A DNA stretch of 63,688 nucleotides from a virus (Duplodnaviria > Caudoviricetes). The notes beneath the pieces are model-generated. The model had not been told where the DNA came from. It saw nothing but the letters and a program-made list of their open reading frames with translations, and made no database searches. The stretch is from positions 1 through 63,688 of IMG/VR virus record IMGVR_UViG_3300027851_000027, one strand, 5' to 3'. Of the stretch, positions 1-9,566 are shown in pieces. Every line of letters starts with the position of its first letter. Within the stretch, counting starts at the first letter, position 1. The position numbers and the translations under genes were made by a program.

Positions 1-31
1 GCTGATCATTTGCATGGTTGGAGACAGCATG

Positions 32-397
32 TCAGTCTCCTTTCTTGGACCAAGGGAGGATGTCTGACAGCTTGGTGGTGCGGATCAATTCCACCGCCCG
101 TTCACGACTGGCGTCAACGAGGTTGAGGCCGAACAGGCCTAGTGCGAATGCCATCACGGACATCATCTCTGGATCGCTGATCGCAAACCACGCAGCGAGG
201 GCCGGCGTCCCGATGCCAGAGATGACCATGCCGCTCATCGCATTGAAGTACCGCACGCGCCACGTAGCACCAGGGATGCCGCGCAGGGAAATCACGGCAC
301 CGACAAGCCCGATGAAGAAGTGACTTTGAAAGACCTTGAGGACGAATGCGCCGATGGCACTCATGGCGGTATAGAAGCTGTTCGGGTCTTCGTTCAC
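32..397 (-). CDS. Putative holin (allele A)
   Basis: 121 aa, three hydrophobic segments, basic C-terminus (PWSKKGD), lies upstream of endolysin in circular order. Confidence 0.7.
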   Translation of the reverse strand: MNEDPNSFYTAMSAIGAFVLKVFQSHFFIGLVGAVISLRGIPGATWRVRYFNAMSGMVISGIGTPALAAWFAISDPEMMSVMAFALGLFGLNLVDASRERAVELIRTTKLSDILPWSKKGD

Positions 398-750
398 TGC
401 GCAGCCTCCGGCCAGACCATCGGCGGCAGTTCGGCGATGAACGCTTCAGGAGTCGGCATGGTGCACGCGCCGGCCATCACGTCCGCAAGCACTTGCCTCC
501 CTGCCGAGTAGCAGGATTCCATCCACAGTGCGAAGGCCTTCCCTTCGTCCTGTAGCGGTCCCGGGTAGCCAGCGCGCAGAGTGCAGGTCACGCGGTTGTC
601 GTAGCCGCGCATCTTGGCCGTGGCGTCTATGAAGGCGTCCAGCGTGGCGGTGTACTGGGCCTGCAGTTCAGCAGGTGACGGAGGCACAACCGGTAGATCG
701 GCGTGCTCGGTGGTTTGGCCTGTCTGGGCGTTGTATTCGTAGCGCGCCAT
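394..750 (-). CDS. Tail fibre assembly chaperone-like protein (allele A)
   Basis: Directly follows fibre gene; motifs LDAFIDATAKMRGYD and ELPPMVWP typical of fibre chaperones; start taken at MARYEY. Confidence 0.7.
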   Translation of the reverse strand: MARYEYNAQTGQTTEHADLPVVPPSPAELQAQYTATLDAFIDATAKMRGYDNRVTCTLRAGYPGPLQDEGKAFALWMESCYSAGRQVLADVMAGACTMPTPEAFIAELPPMVWPEAAQ

Positions 751-751
751 C

Positions 752-2197
752 TCAGCTCCAAGTGGCCCATATGGATCCAGCGTCAAAGGCGTCAGCCCCG
801 GAGCGAGACAGCGCGATGCGATCCAGTGCGCCAGGGAGATCAATGTATCCTGTGGTCCAGACAAGGCCACCTGCCACACGCGATGCCAGCCCTTGGCACT
901 CCCACCGGTTTGTGCCGGGCTTTCTGAACAGAGTTACCATCCCGCGCATCGTGGTTGCGGCTGCATTTATGGATACCGGGAATCCATCAGTGATGGCGCC
1001 TGAGAATGTCCCGGCTAATATGTCATAGGACGCAGATTCAGCGTACCCGGTGACAACTACCCCGGCCGATGTTCCGGCCTGCACCAGCATGGGCTGCGTG
1101 CCAGTGGTGCTCACCGCATCCAGATGCAGTTCCACGCGGGTTGCGTAAGCCGGGATGCCTGTGATGACATGAGACGTCCCAGACGTGGTGGCGACGACAG
1201 CAGAAACCTGGCGTTTTGCCTGGATCCACTCGGTGCCGTTCCACGTCTCGTTGCAGCCCAGCGTTGAGTTGAACCGCGTGTATCCAGCGGCCGGAGATCC
1301 ATCGCGCTGCGCCGTGGTGCCGGATGGGAGCTTCGCGCTGCCCGTGGCACTGGTGATGCCGACCACTTCGCTAACTCTCGGGGCCTGCGATCCAGTGGCG
1401 CCAGCGGGAACGGAAACAGCGCCCGCGAACGTCGCTCCAACAAGAAGCGCAACCTCGGAAGCCCGGGGAACGTTTGCCCCGGTAGCACCAGCAGGAACAG
1501 CCAGCGTGCCCGTCATGGTCACGCCACCAGCCAGCGGAACCACCTCAGATGCCCGCGGCACGTTGGAGCCTGTGGCTCCTGCAGGTACCGCCAGCGTCCC
1601 GGTCATCGTCACGCCGCCCGCCTTTGGAACGAACAGCGCAGGGTCGAACGTCGCCGCCGTAACCGCGCTGGCCGCAGCCTCTGCCGCCTTGGTGGTTGCG
1701 ATGACGGCCTGAGCTGTTGCGATCACCGCCTGAGCCGTCGCGTCATCCTCTGACGACTGCGCCGCATCTCTCGCGGCCAGCGTCACGTCCCGCGCTTCCA
1801 GCGTGGTGTCCATCGCCGCAACAGCCGATTGCTTGGCCTCGATGGCCGCGTCCATCTGCGTCTGGAAATCAGGTTTCCCGGGGTACGGCGGCAGCATGGC
1901 GATGTCGTGCAGGAACGCCGCGGCCTCGTTCGGTACCGATGCCGTGATGCGCTGCGTCTTGCCCGTGGTGCTGCGCATCTTCACGTCGTAGACCGATTCC
2001 GTGGTGCCGAGCTGGTTCGGCCACAGATCGATCACGCAGGAACCGGTTTCATCCGCAATGCCGCTCACCCGCTCGGGCACCACGAAGCCTTCATAGACCT
2101 CGTACCGGTTCAGGCTGAATTCGAACGAAGCGCCCGGTTCGGGCTCTCCATCCTGGCCGTGCATGGTGCACGTCACTGAGCAAACTGGAAGACTCAT
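752..2197 (-). CDS. Tail fibre protein (allele A)
   Basis: 481 aa; Ala-rich coiled stalk, 30-aa repeats, LPSGTTAQR..G.RFN..E.WNG fibre motif, C-terminal head domain. Confidence 0.85.
   Translation of the reverse strand: MSLPVCSVTCTMHGQDGEPEPGASFEFSLNRYEVYEGFVVPERVSGIADETGSCVIDLWPNQLGTTESVYDVKMRSTTGKTQRITASVPNEAAAFLHDIAMLPPYPGKPDFQTQMDAAIEAKQSAVAAMDTTLEARDVTLAARDAAQSSEDDATAQAVIATAQAVIATTKAAEAAASAVTAATFDPALFVPKAGGVTMTGTLAVPAGATGSNVPRASEVVPLAGGVTMTGTLAVPAGATGANVPRASEVALLVGATFAGAVSVPAGATGSQAPRVSEVVGITSATGSAKLPSGTTAQRDGSPAAGYTRFNSTLGCNETWNGTEWIQAKRQVSAVVATTSGTSHVITGIPAYATRVELHLDAVSTTGTQPMLVQAGTSAGVVVTGYAESASYDILAGTFSGAITDGFPVSINAAATTMRGMVTLFRKPGTNRWECQGLASRVAGGLVWTTGYIDLPGALDRIALSRSGADAFDAGSIWATWS
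1365..1632 (-). repeat. Three ~90-bp (30-aa) tandem repeats in tail fibre (GGVTMTGTLAVPAGATGxNVPRASEV)
   Basis: Visible in translation; third unit is degenerate and differs between alleles. Confidence 0.9.
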
Positions 2198-2388
2198 TGC
2201 AGCCTTTCTGTGATGGCGTTGAGGCGGTCTATGATTTGTGCGGTCGTGGCCGTGGCCGGCAGCGGCGCGAGCCGGACAGCGTTGCGCGCCTGACCGGTGA
2301 TTTCGTCCAGCGTCTGTTTCACGGCGGACATCACCAGATCAGTTCGGATGTCGCCCGTGTGAACGCTGGGGATGGCTGGCTTGCTCAT
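2194..2388 (-). CDS. Small virion/tail-associated protein
   Basis: 64 aa, ATGA overlaps with both neighbours. Confidence 0.7.
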   Translation of the reverse strand: MSKPAIPSVHTGDIRTDLVMSAVKQTLDEITGQARNAVRLAPLPATATTAQIIDRLNAITERLQ

Positions 2389-4637
2389 TGCGAAGCCCTG
2401 GCGAGTTCGGCCGTGGACTCGGCCACCGTCACGCTGTAGACGCCGACCGATGCGCCGATGCCGATCCTCAGAATCTCTTGCTTGAGACCGGCCGGCAGCT
2501 TGAACGGTTTCGAGTTGCTGACCTCGCGCGAGAAGATCGGCGTGTCACCGTCGTAAATCGTGAACTGCACGCGACGGAACGACAGCAGGTCCAGCAGCCA
2601 CAGGTGCGTTCCCCCCACAGGAAGCACGCCGAACGGTTCGCTACCGAAGTAGCCGCCGACCGCATCCGGCCCGCCCGCGAATATCACAGCGTTGGCATCG
2701 TCCAGCGTGGTGTCTGGTTCCACGATGTCGCCGAACCGGGCGTGCACCTGGGCGACGGAGAAGTTCCTTGGCTTGTCGAGTTGAATCTCCGAGCTGCGCC
2801 ACTCGGAAGGGTAACGCGCATCGTCGCGCGCGTCCCAGCGGTAGACCTTTTGATCCTTCAGGATGTACAGCTCGCCGTCGTAGTCGTTGCGGTACAGGTG
2901 CTCCGCCGTCTCGTCCACGAACACCACGGAATCGAGTTCCGGGATGTCGGCCACCATCATCCTGGCGCGCTCGGAGCCGACCGGCGTGTGCACGGCGTAG
3001 TACTGGCCGTCGTGGTAGGCCGCATCGAACGTGGCCGGCGAGTTGGTGCGCCACTCATCCTCGCGGTACAGGCGCTTGGTCAGGTTCTCCACCCGGCCAG
3101 CCGTAGCCAGCCACAGGCCATCGTGGCTCGGGTAGATGCAACCACCGCCCACGTCCACGGCACCGCGCTTGCTCACGCACGGCGCATAGGTCTCCATGAT
3201 CGACGGGCTCATGGATTCCGGATCGGAGCCGGTCAGCAGCACCGGGTATTTGTCGGTCAGCACGATCACCGAGTTGCCGGCCGGGAAGATCGCCACGCCT
3301 CGACCAACGAAGCTGTACCGGTTGGAGACCGGGTAGCTGTGCGGCTGGTATGGGACCGAGAAACACACTTCATTCCCGGCCAGCAGCACCGTGCAGCCGT
3401 TGGGCAGCGTGATCATGCTCGTCGCGTTCTTTGGCGGCGGCAGGTGGTCAGCGGTCTGGATCGGGTCGCCCGTGAGAACGATCGTCGTGTCGCTGTAGGT
3501 CGTCGTGGCGGCTGGAATCTCGGCCAGGAAGAAGAATTGCGCAGCGGTTCCGTCGGTGCGGTAGATGCGCTTGACCATGCCCGTCGTGTTGATCGGCGCA
3601 TCGCGGTCCCACGTCCCGCCCGACGTGTAGGTCTGAGCGGTTTCCAGCTGGAACACCACGTCGTCTCCGTCCACGCTGGAGATGCGGTGCGCTCCGTTCA
3701 GGTCCGTCATGCCGCCGACGCTGGCCATCGTGAGCGTGTCGAACGCTGCCAGGCCGAAGGCGGTGTCGAACGTGGCCGTCACGTAGCCGGGCGACGGCGT
3801 GCTGTTCGCCACCGCGGTGATGGTGCCGCTGTTCGGTGGCGCGGTCTGGATGCCTGTCAGTTCCCATGCACCATTGACCAGTCCGCTGCGCAGTGTGGTT
3901 GCCGGCGACGGCCCGGACTCTTCGCCCAGCGCGGTGACGAACGTGAAGGCATAGGAACGATCCACTGTGATGCCGGCGCGCGACCACGTACCGCCCGAGG
4001 TGTAGACCTGTGACGTGACCAGCGGGAACACCACGTTCAGGCCAGTGATGCTCTCGACCACCAGCGTGGTGTTCAGGGAGGTCATGCCGCCCACACTGGC
4101 AAACGTCACCGAGTCGCCGATGGCCAGGCCCTCGACGGTGTTGAACGTGACTTGCACCTTGTTGGCCGATGGCGTGTTCGCGACCGCCGCCGTGATTGTT
4201 CCTGACGACACGTCGGCCGTCAGAACCGGTGCAGAGGATGGCAGCGGAAGACCGAGCGCGTACCACGCATCCGGGTAAGGCCCGCCTCCGTTGATCGCCA
4301 CCTCGTAGGTGCTCATGCGAGGCTCGTGATCGTCCGAGGTCCAGAACACCCGCCCATCGGCATCGTTCGCGATCAGGCTGGCCACCACATCGGCATCGCC
4401 GGGAAACGTGAACCAGTTGTCCACCGTCGAGCGGTCAGCCTGGGTGAACCGGTAGCGCCAGATCGTCCTGATCGCAGCAGCGAGCGAGGTGTGCGACAGC
4501 GCCAAGCCACGCAGCGGATCGATGCGACCTGACGTGATCTTGATGTTCGTCGCTTCGCTGGCGAAGTTCGGCGTCAGCAGGCGCCCGCTGGTGCGTGGGA
4601 CTGTCCCACGGAAGCCCTTGATGGTGATCGCTGCCAC
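2385..4637 (-). CDS. Tail nozzle/stabilisation-type protein with two inserted beta-rich repeat domains
   Basis: 750 aa beta-rich, podovirus tail position; duplicated SGTITA...SVGGMT.LN...YTSGGTW domain. Confidence 0.7.
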   Translation of the reverse strand: MAAITIKGFRGTVPRTSGRLLTPNFASEATNIKITSGRIDPLRGLALSHTSLAAAIRTIWRYRFTQADRSTVDNWFTFPGDADVVASLIANDADGRVFWTSDDHEPRMSTYEVAINGGGPYPDAWYALGLPLPSSAPVLTADVSSGTITAAVANTPSANKVQVTFNTVEGLAIGDSVTFASVGGMTSLNTTLVVESITGLNVVFPLVTSQVYTSGGTWSRAGITVDRSYAFTFVTALGEESGPSPATTLRSGLVNGAWELTGIQTAPPNSGTITAVANSTPSPGYVTATFDTAFGLAAFDTLTMASVGGMTDLNGAHRISSVDGDDVVFQLETAQTYTSGGTWDRDAPINTTGMVKRIYRTDGTAAQFFFLAEIPAATTTYSDTTIVLTGDPIQTADHLPPPKNATSMITLPNGCTVLLAGNEVCFSVPYQPHSYPVSNRYSFVGRGVAIFPAGNSVIVLTDKYPVLLTGSDPESMSPSIMETYAPCVSKRGAVDVGGGCIYPSHDGLWLATAGRVENLTKRLYREDEWRTNSPATFDAAYHDGQYYAVHTPVGSERARMMVADIPELDSVVFVDETAEHLYRNDYDGELYILKDQKVYRWDARDDARYPSEWRSSEIQLDKPRNFSVAQVHARFGDIVEPDTTLDDANAVIFAGGPDAVGGYFGSEPFGVLPVGGTHLWLLDLLSFRRVQFTIYDGDTPIFSREVSNSKPFKLPAGLKQEILRIGIGASVGVYSVTVAESTAELARASQ

Positions 4638-4639
4638 GT

Positions 4640-5560
4640 TCAGCCGCCCTTGATGATCGGGAGGTAGGCCCGGGCGTAAGGTCGTGCTTCCGTCGCGTCT
4701 CCGCTCGATGTGACGCTGACCGTGTGGGCGTGGGAACCGGCAGATGATGTGCTCGCGCTGGCTGCGGTCACGCCCGTGACGTAGTTGATCGAAAGGCCAC
4801 CGGATGCATACCCTGCGCTGGACGTACCAACGGAACCAAGGCGCGACTCGCTGTGCGTGTGCGCACCGGTGCTACCTGTTGATGCCGCGTGCGTGTGGGT
4901 CAAGTTCACAGGCGCCTGAATGGCACCGACAGCCAGCGCCCCACCGGACGCCCGGATAAACCGGTTGTTCGTCACATCGTTGGGCAGGTTGAACGTCGTG
5001 GTGCCGTCTCCGATGCCGTGGTCTGTTCCGATGAGTGCGAACAACAGAGGGTGATCTGTGCGCGAAACAGCCTGTCCGTTTCGGATCAGCCAACCCACAG
5101 GAGGCGTTGCAGCCGGCCAGTAGGCGATGACACCCGGAGGGATAGAACCACCACTGACCAGCGCCAGCGCATTGGTTGCCACCGTCTCGGCTTCCTGCGC
5201 CGCGAGCAAAGCCGCCTCAGCGTTGGAGATGGCCGACACCAGATCGTTGGCGCTGAACGCCTGATAGGCCACAGCCCCCACGCCCCAGATCCTGGCCGTG
5301 GTCCCGTCCAGCGCCCGGACCACGTTGCTCATGACATCCGAACCACCGGCCCGGGTGCGAACGCCGACGATTTCGATCTGACCAGAGACATCGGTGATGA
5401 ACAGCTTGAACCAGTCATCCACGCTGAACAGCGGACCCGTGTCGGTGTCTGCCACCGGGAACAGATCACCGTCGCCTGACTGAACGCTCAGGGATGTGTC
5501 CGCCGCCGAGATGCCAGCGGCAAGCACCGTGCGCGCGTTGTTGGAGAACTTCTGGGTCAT
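4640..5560 (-). CDS. Tail fibre/collar-domain protein
   Basis: Tail collar motif PPGVIAYW...GWLIRNGQAVSRTDHPLLFALIGT...GDGTTTFNLP; HTH/HAH His repeats. Confidence 0.85.
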   Translation of the reverse strand: MTQKFSNNARTVLAAGISAADTSLSVQSGDGDLFPVADTDTGPLFSVDDWFKLFITDVSGQIEIVGVRTRAGGSDVMSNVVRALDGTTARIWGVGAVAYQAFSANDLVSAISNAEAALLAAQEAETVATNALALVSGGSIPPGVIAYWPAATPPVGWLIRNGQAVSRTDHPLLFALIGTDHGIGDGTTTFNLPNDVTNNRFIRASGGALAVGAIQAPVNLTHTHAASTGSTGAHTHSESRLGSVGTSSAGYASGGLSINYVTGVTAASASTSSAGSHAHTVSVTSSGDATEARPYARAYLPIIKGG

Positions 5561-5585
5561 GCGAATTCCTAGTGTTCAGAATGCA

Positions 5586-5609
5586 AAAACCCGCCGAAGC
5601 GGGTTCTTT
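5586..5609 (-). terminator. Intrinsic terminator, probably bidirectional
   Basis: aaaaacccgccgaagcgggttcttt hairpin (UUCG loop on minus strand) flanked by A/T runs. Confidence 0.8.
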
Positions 5610-5732
5610 GAGGGTGTGGCAGTGACTCTATTGCTGGGTCAGCACGCCCGATCTGGCGGGGATGGAAGCCGTCGCTGGAGGGCTTCGGTATGGCGGGGTG
5701 GGAGGTGGTTACGCCCATATGAAAGCATGTGG

Positions 5733-7280
5733 CTATTCCCGCAGCAACTCGTTAACCGTCACGGCAATTGCTTGGTTTCCCGGCGTCGTGTAGTGGGTGT
5801 TGTCCGTGCCAAGGAAAACTGCACGAGTGCCCGTCCCGCTACCTGCATTCCCCGTACCATGCAGCCATTTCGTGCGCTGCTTCCACCAATGCGGCCTAGG
5901 ACCAGCGTCCGTTCCCATTGGCCCCTGAGTCGGCGTAAGCGACACCGGGGCATATGCAGCCAGCTCCCAGATCGCGTTATTCACTACAACTCTGGCCCCG
6001 TTCGCCATCAATCCACCCGGATACGCAGATGGTGTGACAGCCTGATCAGCGCCACCAATGGGATCAAGATATTTATCGACGTAGGAATTTCCGTTTACCG
6101 CAGAATAGACCAGTCTCGCAGTGACAAGTGATGCGAGCAACGTCTTGTCTGTGCCGGTCGGTTGCGGTCCGATAACACTTGTGGGGCAATTATGCGCCGC
6201 TCTATATGCGGTGATTGTTGAGGACACTGCTTCGGCGATCCCTGAAAGCCCGTTGTCGTTGATTCCTCCGAATAGCATGTGCTCATCAGGTGCAAACAAT
6301 TCAACGTTCTTGATCCGTGACGCATGGCCATATGTTTTCAGGATTGATGCCCCTCCGTCATTCACATATCCGGTGCCACCATACCCGTTGTTCAGAACGT
6401 CGAACCCGTAACGGACAGCAAGTATGCCTGTAAAAGCGTTGAATGCGTTTGACGAGTTCATCGCAGACCCAGTCACAAAGGAATCACCAGTTATGGCGAC
6501 TTTTCTGGCCTGTCGCTCAGACGGGATGATTGCACCGTTCGCACCACACGCGACTCCGACGAGGCCCAGAACATTGCTCGCATACACAGTGACAAGATTC
6601 GGCCCGTCATCTGGCAAATCGATGTCCAGAGACGTGAAGATGGTGAATCCACCGGATGTGTATGCGACTGGCTCAGCGGTGGCGGGTTTGTCGTTTACAA
6701 AAATCCAATAATGCCGCTCAACAGGATTCCTCGCATAAAACCTGAGTGACAGTTTGTTGCCAAAGACCATTTGTTCAACGCCGATTAGCGCATCTTGTGG
6801 ATTTGCAGTCAGGCAGAAGTGCATATCCGTCGCTGGTGCTATCTCTGTCGCGCAGCCCAGAACCTTACAAGACGTAAGCGGAGAAAACGCCACTGTGAAT
6901 CCTGCCGCTATCGAATTCGCAAGTGTCCTGATCGTTGTGGTTACGCCAGCAACAACTACCGACAGGTCGCGCATCAAAGGATACGGTTGGGGGACTTTCG
7001 GTGTCCTGTCTGCCCCAATCCCCGCCCGCACGCTGGCACGCTGCGCAAGGGTCGGAGCAGCTCCGCCGATCTGCATTGCGCCGGTGGTGGGGTCGAGGGT
7101 GAGGCCGTTCACGACGGCTTGTGAGTCGCCAGCGTCTTCGAACTCCGCGAAGCGCAGCATCTCTGTCGCCACGGCATCATCGAGCACCGTGTCAACCTTG
7201 CCCGGCGTCCAGATGATCTGCGTGCGGTCGAAGAAAGCGTCTTCGGTGGGCTTGGTGCCGATGTACTTGATGTTGCGCAT
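5733..7280 (-). CDS. SGNH/GDSL hydrolase (esterase) fused to a virion-protein-like N-terminal domain
   Basis: Blocks GDSF, GYGGTG, GGIND and DNTH; body visibly lower GC than flanks. Confidence 0.8.
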   Translation of the reverse strand: MRNIKYIGTKPTEDAFFDRTQIIWTPGKVDTVLDDAVATEMLRFAEFEDAGDSQAVVNGLTLDPTTGAMQIGGAAPTLAQRASVRAGIGADRTPKVPQPYPLMRDLSVVVAGVTTTIRTLANSIAAGFTVAFSPLTSCKVLGCATEIAPATDMHFCLTANPQDALIGVEQMVFGNKLSLRFYARNPVERHYWIFVNDKPATAEPVAYTSGGFTIFTSLDIDLPDDGPNLVTVYASNVLGLVGVACGANGAIIPSERQARKVAITGDSFVTGSAMNSSNAFNAFTGILAVRYGFDVLNNGYGGTGYVNDGGASILKTYGHASRIKNVELFAPDEHMLFGGINDNGLSGIAEAVSSTITAYRAAHNCPTSVIGPQPTGTDKTLLASLVTARLVYSAVNGNSYVDKYLDPIGGADQAVTPSAYPGGLMANGARVVVNNAIWELAAYAPVSLTPTQGPMGTDAGPRPHWWKQRTKWLHGTGNAGSGTGTRAVFLGTDNTHYTTPGNQAIAVTVNELLRE

Positions 7281-7295
7281 GGTGGTCCTTGTTGA

Positions 7296-7952
7296 TCAGT
7301 TCTTTGGAGCGACAGCGGCGCTCGATTGCAGTTGCACGCCCAGCAGTTGTTCTGCGCGCGCCAGGTAGCTGGATGCGAGACTGGGGTTCGCTTCACCCTC
7401 CAGATCGGTCAGCATCGCGTAGGAGGTCGAGACGAAGATCAGGGCGGTTGCCCATTCATCGCGTAGCGAGATGTTCCCGGTCGCCGTGCTGGAAGCTGCC
7501 CCAGTGGGCTGTGTGATGTCGATGGGGTAAAGCGAGGCTTCTAGTTCGATCGACACACCGGTTGCCGCGGCTGGCGGGTAGAGCCAGAATGACCTCGGAA
7601 CCCGCTGGTCGTGCATGAAGTGCTTGATTTCGATGGAACCCTGCTTGCTGCGCCAGTTCGGCTCGCTGGCGTCCAGCATCTCCATGTCCACCTTGGTGAT
7701 TCGGCGCTGATTGCCTTCTGCATTCGCAGGCACGTCGATCAGCACAGAGGCTTCCTGAGGCAGCGCCTGCTTGGATCCGGCTACCGGGATGAACTGGAAG
7801 TTCGAAGCCGTCACGTCCGGCCGCACGCTGTGAATGTCGCGCTGCGCCCGGTTGACGAAACCCGCCACGTCGGTAGCCGGGTAGCGGTCGCCGTTCAGGT
7901 CGTTCAGGTTGCGCTGCACCTCGCGGATGATGTAGGCGGACGTGGTTGCCAT
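7296..7952 (-). CDS. Head-tail adaptor-like virion protein
   Basis: 218 aa; N-terminal helix pair (LNDLNGDRY...VNRAQRDI) and FWLYPP motif typical of podovirus adaptors. Confidence 0.65.
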   Translation of the reverse strand: MATTSAYIIREVQRNLNDLNGDRYPATDVAGFVNRAQRDIHSVRPDVTASNFQFIPVAGSKQALPQEASVLIDVPANAEGNQRRITKVDMEMLDASEPNWRSKQGSIEIKHFMHDQRVPRSFWLYPPAAATGVSIELEASLYPIDITQPTGAASSTATGNISLRDEWATALIFVSTSYAMLTDLEGEANPSLASSYLARAEQLLGVQLQSSAAVAPKN

Positions 7953-7953
7953 G

Positions 7954-8559
7954 TCAGAGCCCTGCTTTCGTCACGCGGTGGTGTTTCGAGCGCATGAAGT
8001 TGAGGTTCGCCGCGTAGTTGATGCGGCTCATGAACGCCTGACCATCCACTGCAGCCTGCGTCATGTCGAACCACGCGGTACGCGGCATGCGCTGCAGCAT
8101 CGCCCTGGCGCCGGCTGCGATGGCGTCGGAGTACATCGAGAACACCTCATCGTCCACACCGATCCCGTCCGCCGAAGGCTTGAGGTGCAGCGTCATGCTG
8201 ATCTCGTCGGCTGCGGTGGGCACCGGGAAGATGCGGTATTCGAGCTGGTTGTCCTGATACAGCGTGTCGTCGTCGGGCGTGTTGCTGTCCCAGTCCTCGG
8301 GCAGATCGTCCGAGGTCTTGATGTCGTATTCCTTGCCGTTGACGCGCACGCGGCCGACCTTCACCAGCTCGGTGCCGAACGGCATGTCGAACTCGAACAG
8401 GGTCTGGCCGGAGACATAGACCAGTTCGGTCTGCTTCCAGCACAGCGTCTTGTGGCAGAACTCGCGCGCCGCATCGATCAGGGCCGTGTCCACGACCGGG
8501 ATCGGGCAACCCAGCACGTAGGGCATCACACGCGGGTGGAAATCGACCCAGAGCTTCAT
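7954..8559 (-). CDS. Head-tail adaptor-like virion protein
   Basis: 201 aa; GCP..V..ALIDAAREFC..T..W and IFPVP motifs; position after capsid genes. Confidence 0.65.
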   Translation of the reverse strand: MKLWVDFHPRVMPYVLGCPIPVVDTALIDAAREFCHKTLCWKQTELVYVSGQTLFEFDMPFGTELVKVGRVRVNGKEYDIKTSDDLPEDWDSNTPDDDTLYQDNQLEYRIFPVPTAADEISMTLHLKPSADGIGVDDEVFSMYSDAIAAGARAMLQRMPRTAWFDMTQAAVDGQAFMSRINYAANLNFMRSKHHRVTKAGL

Positions 8560-8560
8560 A

Positions 8561-9004
8561 TCAGCTCTTCACGGGGAATGCTTCGGCCAGCTTCTGGCGA
8601 ATCTTCTCTTCGCCGGAGTTGCCCACGGCGATGTCGAGTTCTTTGGCCAGGGCTTTAAGCGTGTCCTTGTCGAGGCCGTCCAGTGCGAGCGGGCCGCTGG
8701 AGGTCTGCATGACGTGCTTGCCGGCCAGCTCTTCAGGGCCTTTGTCGCCTTCCGGTGTGGCGACTTGTTCGTGATCGGGTTCGACCGGGATCGGTTGCAC
8801 CGTCACGGCATCGGTCAGCGTCAGCGCTTCAGGCTCTTTCACAGCAGCACCATCGATCAGGGAAAACACGTCCTGGTGCTTGAGCATGCGAGCGCACAGA
8901 CCAGCGTCTTCGATGTCGTGCTCAACGCCTGGCCCCCAGGTCTTGCCGGTCTCGCCCTTGAATGCGTCCTCAAAGCCCTTGAGGCCAACGTACTTGATCT
9001 TCAT
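8561..9004 (-). CDS. Head-module protein with C-terminal HeH/Rho-N-like helix pair
   Basis: LDKDTLKALAKELDI...EEKIRQKL tail; N-terminus shared with the SGNH protein. Confidence 0.6.
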   Translation of the reverse strand: MKIKYVGLKGFEDAFKGETGKTWGPGVEHDIEDAGLCARMLKHQDVFSLIDGAAVKEPEALTLTDAVTVQPIPVEPDHEQVATPEGDKGPEELAGKHVMQTSSGPLALDGLDKDTLKALAKELDIAVGNSGEEKIRQKLAEAFPVKS

Positions 9005-9017
9005 TTGGTGCTCCTGT

Positions 9018-9054
9018 GAAAAAGCCCCCCGGCCTTGTGGGTCGGGAGGCTTCT
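9018..9054 (-). terminator. Intrinsic terminator after capsid/decoration genes
   Basis: Minus strand aagcctcccgacc-cacaa-ggccggggggcttttt. Confidence 0.75.
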
Positions 9055-9064
9055 CGGTTCCTGC

Positions 9065-9505
9065 TTACTTCACGCCTTCGGCAGCGCCGACAGCGATCAT
9101 GCAGATGTCGCCGGCAGCGAACGTGGCCGAGTTCGTGGCGATGGTGATCGTCACGTAGACGTCCTCTTCGAACTTGATGGGTTCGAAGGAGCAGTGCAGC
9201 GTGCCGCCACCCTGCGCCGTGGTCTGGCCGGCGGCGGCAAAGTAGGTGGCATTGGCCGACAGCGAAGAACCGGTGGTAGCTGCGCGGTAGCCCACGCTGA
9301 ACACGATTTCCGGGGTTCCGGTGTCGAGGTCATCGCTGCGGATGTCCAACATGCCCAGGCGCAGGCCAGCGGGCAGCAGGAAGTTCACCACGTCGCCATC
9401 GGTGGGGTTCGCTGCCACCGAGTAGGTGTCATCGATCATCACCGCGCGGCCGTCGCCGGGCATGTTCTGAGGCGCTTTGGCCTTTTTGCCGTAAAGATGT
9501 GCCAT
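9065..9505 (-). CDS. Capsid decoration/cement-like protein
   Basis: 146 aa beta-rich, directly after major capsid gene and before terminator. Confidence 0.6.
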   Translation of the reverse strand: MAHLYGKKAKAPQNMPGDGRAVMIDDTYSVAANPTDGDVVNFLLPAGLRLGMLDIRSDDLDTGTPEIVFSVGYRAATTGSSLSANATYFAAAGQTTAQGGGTLHCSFEPIKFEEDVYVTITIATNSATFAAGDICMIAVGAAEGVK

Positions 9506-9566
9506 GTTTGGCTCCTATGAATGTGAGGGGTTGGAAGCAGCGGGCGTCAACCCGCCGCTGTGTTCA

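Larger units (their letters stand above)
1..2268. repeat. Left copy of ~2.27-kb imperfect direct terminal repeat (holin, fibre chaperone, tail fibre)
   Basis: Aligns by eye to 61402..63688; first 127 nt identical, then frequent mostly synonymous substitutions and net 19-nt length difference. Confidence 0.97.

Noticed and set aside
752-2197. Diversity-generating retroelement (TR/VR) explaining the two fibre copies
   Set aside because: No reverse transcriptase; differences are mostly third-position and not adenine-specific, and span several genes.
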